A stretch of DNA of 63,546 nt, the filler included, from Octopus bimaculoides (taxonomy: Eukaryota): NCBI RefSeq assembly GCF_001194135.2. It is 3 parts of 2 records of this genome, joined end to end, with 100 filler letters (N's around TTAATTAATTAA, not from the genome) between each part and the next. Parts side by side here need not be neighbours in the genome. Positions count along the whole stretch, not along the records: positions 50,830 to 63,546 come from NC_068987.1; 2 more parts are not named here. One strand, given 5' to 3'. Below the pieces are notes generated by a model that saw nothing but the letters and a program-made list of their open reading frames with translations, was not told the origin of the DNA and made no database searches. Below, piece after piece: positions 60,231 through 63,546 of this stretch. A program made the translations under genes and the position numbers. Numbering within the stretch: position 1 is the first letter of the stretch; each line of letters opens with the position of its first letter.

Positions 60231-60782
60231 AAATCTTATTAACATTTTCGTTTCTAAGTACTAATTGTTTTGAAACCAATTATATTTAGTTTATTCAGTT
60301 ATCCGCATGATATATTTTTTTAGAAGTCCAAGCATAATCGTTTAATGGAATTCAGGTATCCCTTTGTATTCCTGTTTAAGACCTGAGGAAACGGATGGTA
60401 AAGAATCAGTTTAAGTATTCGAAGATAAAAAAAGAAACAAAAATTCTCTTTTCTCCATGATTTTTGGCATTAAAGAAGGTTGGGAAGATTTGCAAGAAGA
60501 AACGCTGGTAAATTGTTACTTTAAACTATGATTAACTGTTTGAAAAGGCCCAAATTTACCATTGATTAGACGAATGTGTTGCTTTTTCTTTAGTTACCAG
60601 TGATAGTTAATATTACAATGACAAAAATAGATGATTTGTGTTTGGGATAAATCATAACCTAAATAGGGCTTATTACAAGAAGCAACAATACTTTGTATGA
60701 CACAGCTGTAGCAATGTTTCGATGTCACATCTTTATTAATCACCACACATATACCAATAGCACTGATATAATTCATTAGATC

Positions 60783-61161
60783 TGTGGAGGCGCAATGGCC
60801 CAGTGGTTAGGGCAGCGGACTCGTGGTCATAGGATCGCGATTTCGATTCCCAGACCGGGCGTTGTGAGTCTTTATTGAGCGAAAACACCTAAAGCTCCAC
60901 GAGGCTCCGGCAGGGGATGGTGGCGAACCCTGCTGTACTCTTTCACCACAACTTTCTCTTACTTCCTGTTTCTGTTGTGCCTGTAATTCAAAGGGTCAGC
61001 CTTGTCACACTGTGTCACGCTGAATATCCACGAGAACTACGTTAAGAGTACACGTGTCGTGGAGTGCTCAGCCACTTGCACGTTAATTTCACTAGCAGGC
61101 TATCCCGTTGACTGGTTCAGCTGGAACCCTCGACGTCGTAAGCGACGGAGTGCCAACAAAA
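60783..61161 (+). mobile_element. SINE family B, full length, with 13-bp TSD
   Basis: A-box TGGCCCAGTGG and B-box-like ATTTCGATTC. Flanked by aattcattagatc at 60770-60782 and 61162-61174. Confidence 0.92.
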
Positions 61162-61842
61162 AATTCATTAGATCCAATGTAAACTAAGTTTTGTAATTTT
61201 CATTCACGTGTTGAATAAGCCAGTGGTGTTGACAGTAAAAATATTTAAAAAATGATAAGCAATATAGCTTTAATGTTTGTTTTTGCTGTAATTATAATGA
61301 TAAAAAAAAAAATACCAGTAATGGACGCCGTAATTTCTCACCAAACAATGCATCAAACAATGAACTAACGCAGTATTGACACAAAATCATAGTTTATGAT
61401 CTTTTGCGGAGGTGGATAGATCATGGGATCTTAAACGATAATGAATAACGTTAATGCCTGTGGTTAGTAAATTCCACTGTTATAGTGGTTATGCCAAGAA
61501 TAACGAAATAAGGTTTCTTCTCAGTATCTGGTTCCGGATCAGACACCACAAACCGATAATTTTGGTCTGACTCCTTATGTCACTAAAGTTAGCGCTGATT
61601 TAACAATTAAGCAAATAAGTACCTGATTAGGGTATCAAGAGAAGTGAGCACCACAGAAATGATAAATAGTTTATGACACAAAAGATATCGCTTGAAACTT
61701 GCAAAAATAATATTCGGGATATCTTATCTCCACTAAGTATAGAAGCGGATGTTACGTAAGATTAATTTCGAGGATCTGATCAAAGACTGCAATTAAAAAA
61801 AAATTAGGGGAAAACTTTTCAAATATAAATAAAGTGGAGAAA

Positions 61843-63009
61843 CAGGGGTTGGACAAAATAATGGAAACACCATAAAATTTCAAACAAATTTATTTTAATA
61901 TGGGGTAGGAACGCCTTTGGCAGTAATTACAGCTTGAATTCTACGAGGTATGCGCTCATACAAAGTTTGAATTGTTTCCAAAGGAATTTTTTGTCCATTC
62001 TTCAGCTAAAACAGTCTCCAGTTCTTGTAGTGATGATGGTGGAGGATATCATCTCCTTACTTGTTTTTCTAAAATGTACTATAAATGTTCAATAATATTG
62101 AAATCTGGAGACTGTGGTGGCCAGATAAGATGTTCAACTTACTAGAATGTTCCTCGTGCCATTCAGTAACAACTTTAGCTATGTGAATTGGTGCATTATC
62201 ATCCTGAAAGATTGCGTTTCCCTCCGGAAACAGTTCCGCAACCATAGGATGAATTTGATTAGATAAAATGCTTAAATAGTCTTGACTAATAATTCTGCCA
62301 TGAAGGGAAACCATTGGCCGGCGGATTTCCAAGATATATCCTCCCTGATCATCACAGATCCTCCACCATGTTTAACAGTTGGAAAAATGCAGTCTGGGTC
62401 AAATGCTTCTTTTGGCTGTTTCCACACGTATACTCGGCCGGTGGTCGGATATAAGGTAAAGGATGACTCGTCTGAGAAAATGACATTCTTCCACTGCTCT
62501 AGGGACCAATTCTGTAGGTTTTTACTCCATTCTAAACGCTTTGCAACGTCTGTTTTTGAAAGTAGTGGTTTTCTGATTGCAGTCCTCCCGTGAAATCCGG
62601 GTTTGTGCGGCTTCCGGCGAACAGCTTTTGTGAAAACTGGGTTCTCGAGGTGGTTATTTAGCTCTGCAGAAATTTTGGGAGCTGNNNNNNNNNNTTTCCC
62701 TCATTCTCAAAGGTTGTCATTACTTTCGAGACAGTACTTCTTTATACACCAAACATTTCGGTTGTTTACGTAGGGCGAGCGCCTGCCATACGAGTACCAT
62801 CAATTTGAAAGTCCGATAGATCTGTCATTTTAATGAATTTTAATTATCTCTTTCTGATTATATCTGAAGAGCAAACAGCATATTAAGCAACACTAATAAT
62901 AAATAATAAAAAAACCCATGAAAATAAACAAGCTTTTGACGGTTTTATTGATATTTAAAAATGACGATGCTATGATGCTAGGTGTTTCCATTATTTTGTC
63001 CAACCCCTG
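61843..63009 (-). mobile_element. Tc1-family DNA transposon with a disrupted transposase
   Basis: Perfect 29-bp TIRs caggggttggacaaaataatggaaacacc (61843-61871 and 62981-63009). TA follows the right end; the left flank reads AA. The minus strand carries VIFSDESS, PTVKHGGGSVMI and IFQDDNAPIH, with frameshifts before the SPDLN motif. Confidence 0.95.
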
Positions 63010-63285
63010 TATATAAAAATAAATATTATTTTATATCCTACTGTTAGTCTTGCTTCATTTTGAAAAATAATTTATCTTATGGCTTACTGTTGTTTTTCTT
63101 CAGAATTACACATATATATACGGGCACCAAAATCTTTTAAGGGCTTAGGGCTTCTATGGTGTCTTAATCTTAGTTGAAGACATTGTATAGTTGAAAAGTT
63201 AACGCTCACGCTCATAATACATAGGCATTTGAATTGATTTTTTTACCCCTCTTTTCACACAGAATTTCGTCTGTCTATAAACCAA

Positions 63286-63377
63286 AGCTCTGATGAGACG
63301 TATATAAGTGGAGACGTATTGTTTATAAATCGTATAATGTATATAAGTCGAAACAAATTGTTGGCTATTTTGGTTTT
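63286..63377 (+). ncRNA. Type I hammerhead-ribozyme-like motif
   Basis: agct-CTGATGA(63290-96)-GAC...GTC-GAAA(63350-53)-C aaatt G-TT-ggct. Stem I is agct/ggct, extendable by aaccaa/ttggtt. The predicted GUU cleavage is after 63362. Confidence 0.45.
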
Positions 63378-63546
63378 CTAATGATTTTTTATGTTATCTT
63401 AATGAGTAATGAGTAAAAGAGTATATGTATATATATGGGAGAATATACAAAAAATAACAACAGACGAGGACAGGTGGTGTAAATAACAAAAGTTATATGT
63501 ATATATATATATATAATACATATGTGTGTATATGTATATACAATAT

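Noticed and set aside
60784-60860. tRNA genes at SINE heads
   Set aside because: A/B boxes are present, but there is no complete cloverleaf and each continues into a SINE body. No bona fide tRNA or rRNA gene was seen.

Overview
AT-rich, microsatellite-dense animal genomic DNA with many assembly gaps. It is most consistent with an octopus (coleoid cephalopod) draft scaffold. That is an inference from the tRNA-derived SINE families, which I recognise from memory, and from the repeat content; it is not a database result. There are no prokaryotic features and no CRISPR array. Most ORFs in the supplied track are microsatellite or N-gap artefacts. One host gene is supported: two + strand exons (25185-25449 and 26830-27469) splice in frame into a CABIT-domain protein (THEMIS/GAREM/Serrano family). 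Its 5' exons were not identified with confidence. The rest is a mosaic of mobile elements: four SINE families (working labels A-D), a Ty3/Gypsy element with its 3' half inverted, Helitron pieces (one with an intact 3' terminus), a Tc1 element with perfect 29-bp TIRs, tandem hAT MITEs, and decayed Tx1/L1, RTE, R4-like, mariner-like, pogo-like and Sola-like fragments. The most unusual observations are: a 594-bp fold-back MITE with an 8-bp TSD whose core is a perfect 64-bp (TAACCC)5/(GGGTTA)5 telomeric palindrome; hammerhead-ribozyme-like motifs; competing 3' splice sites in the CABIT gene; and a GATA-site cluster next to a GC-rich, hairpin-rich island. All protein-family calls rest on motif resemblance read by eye, without any search.
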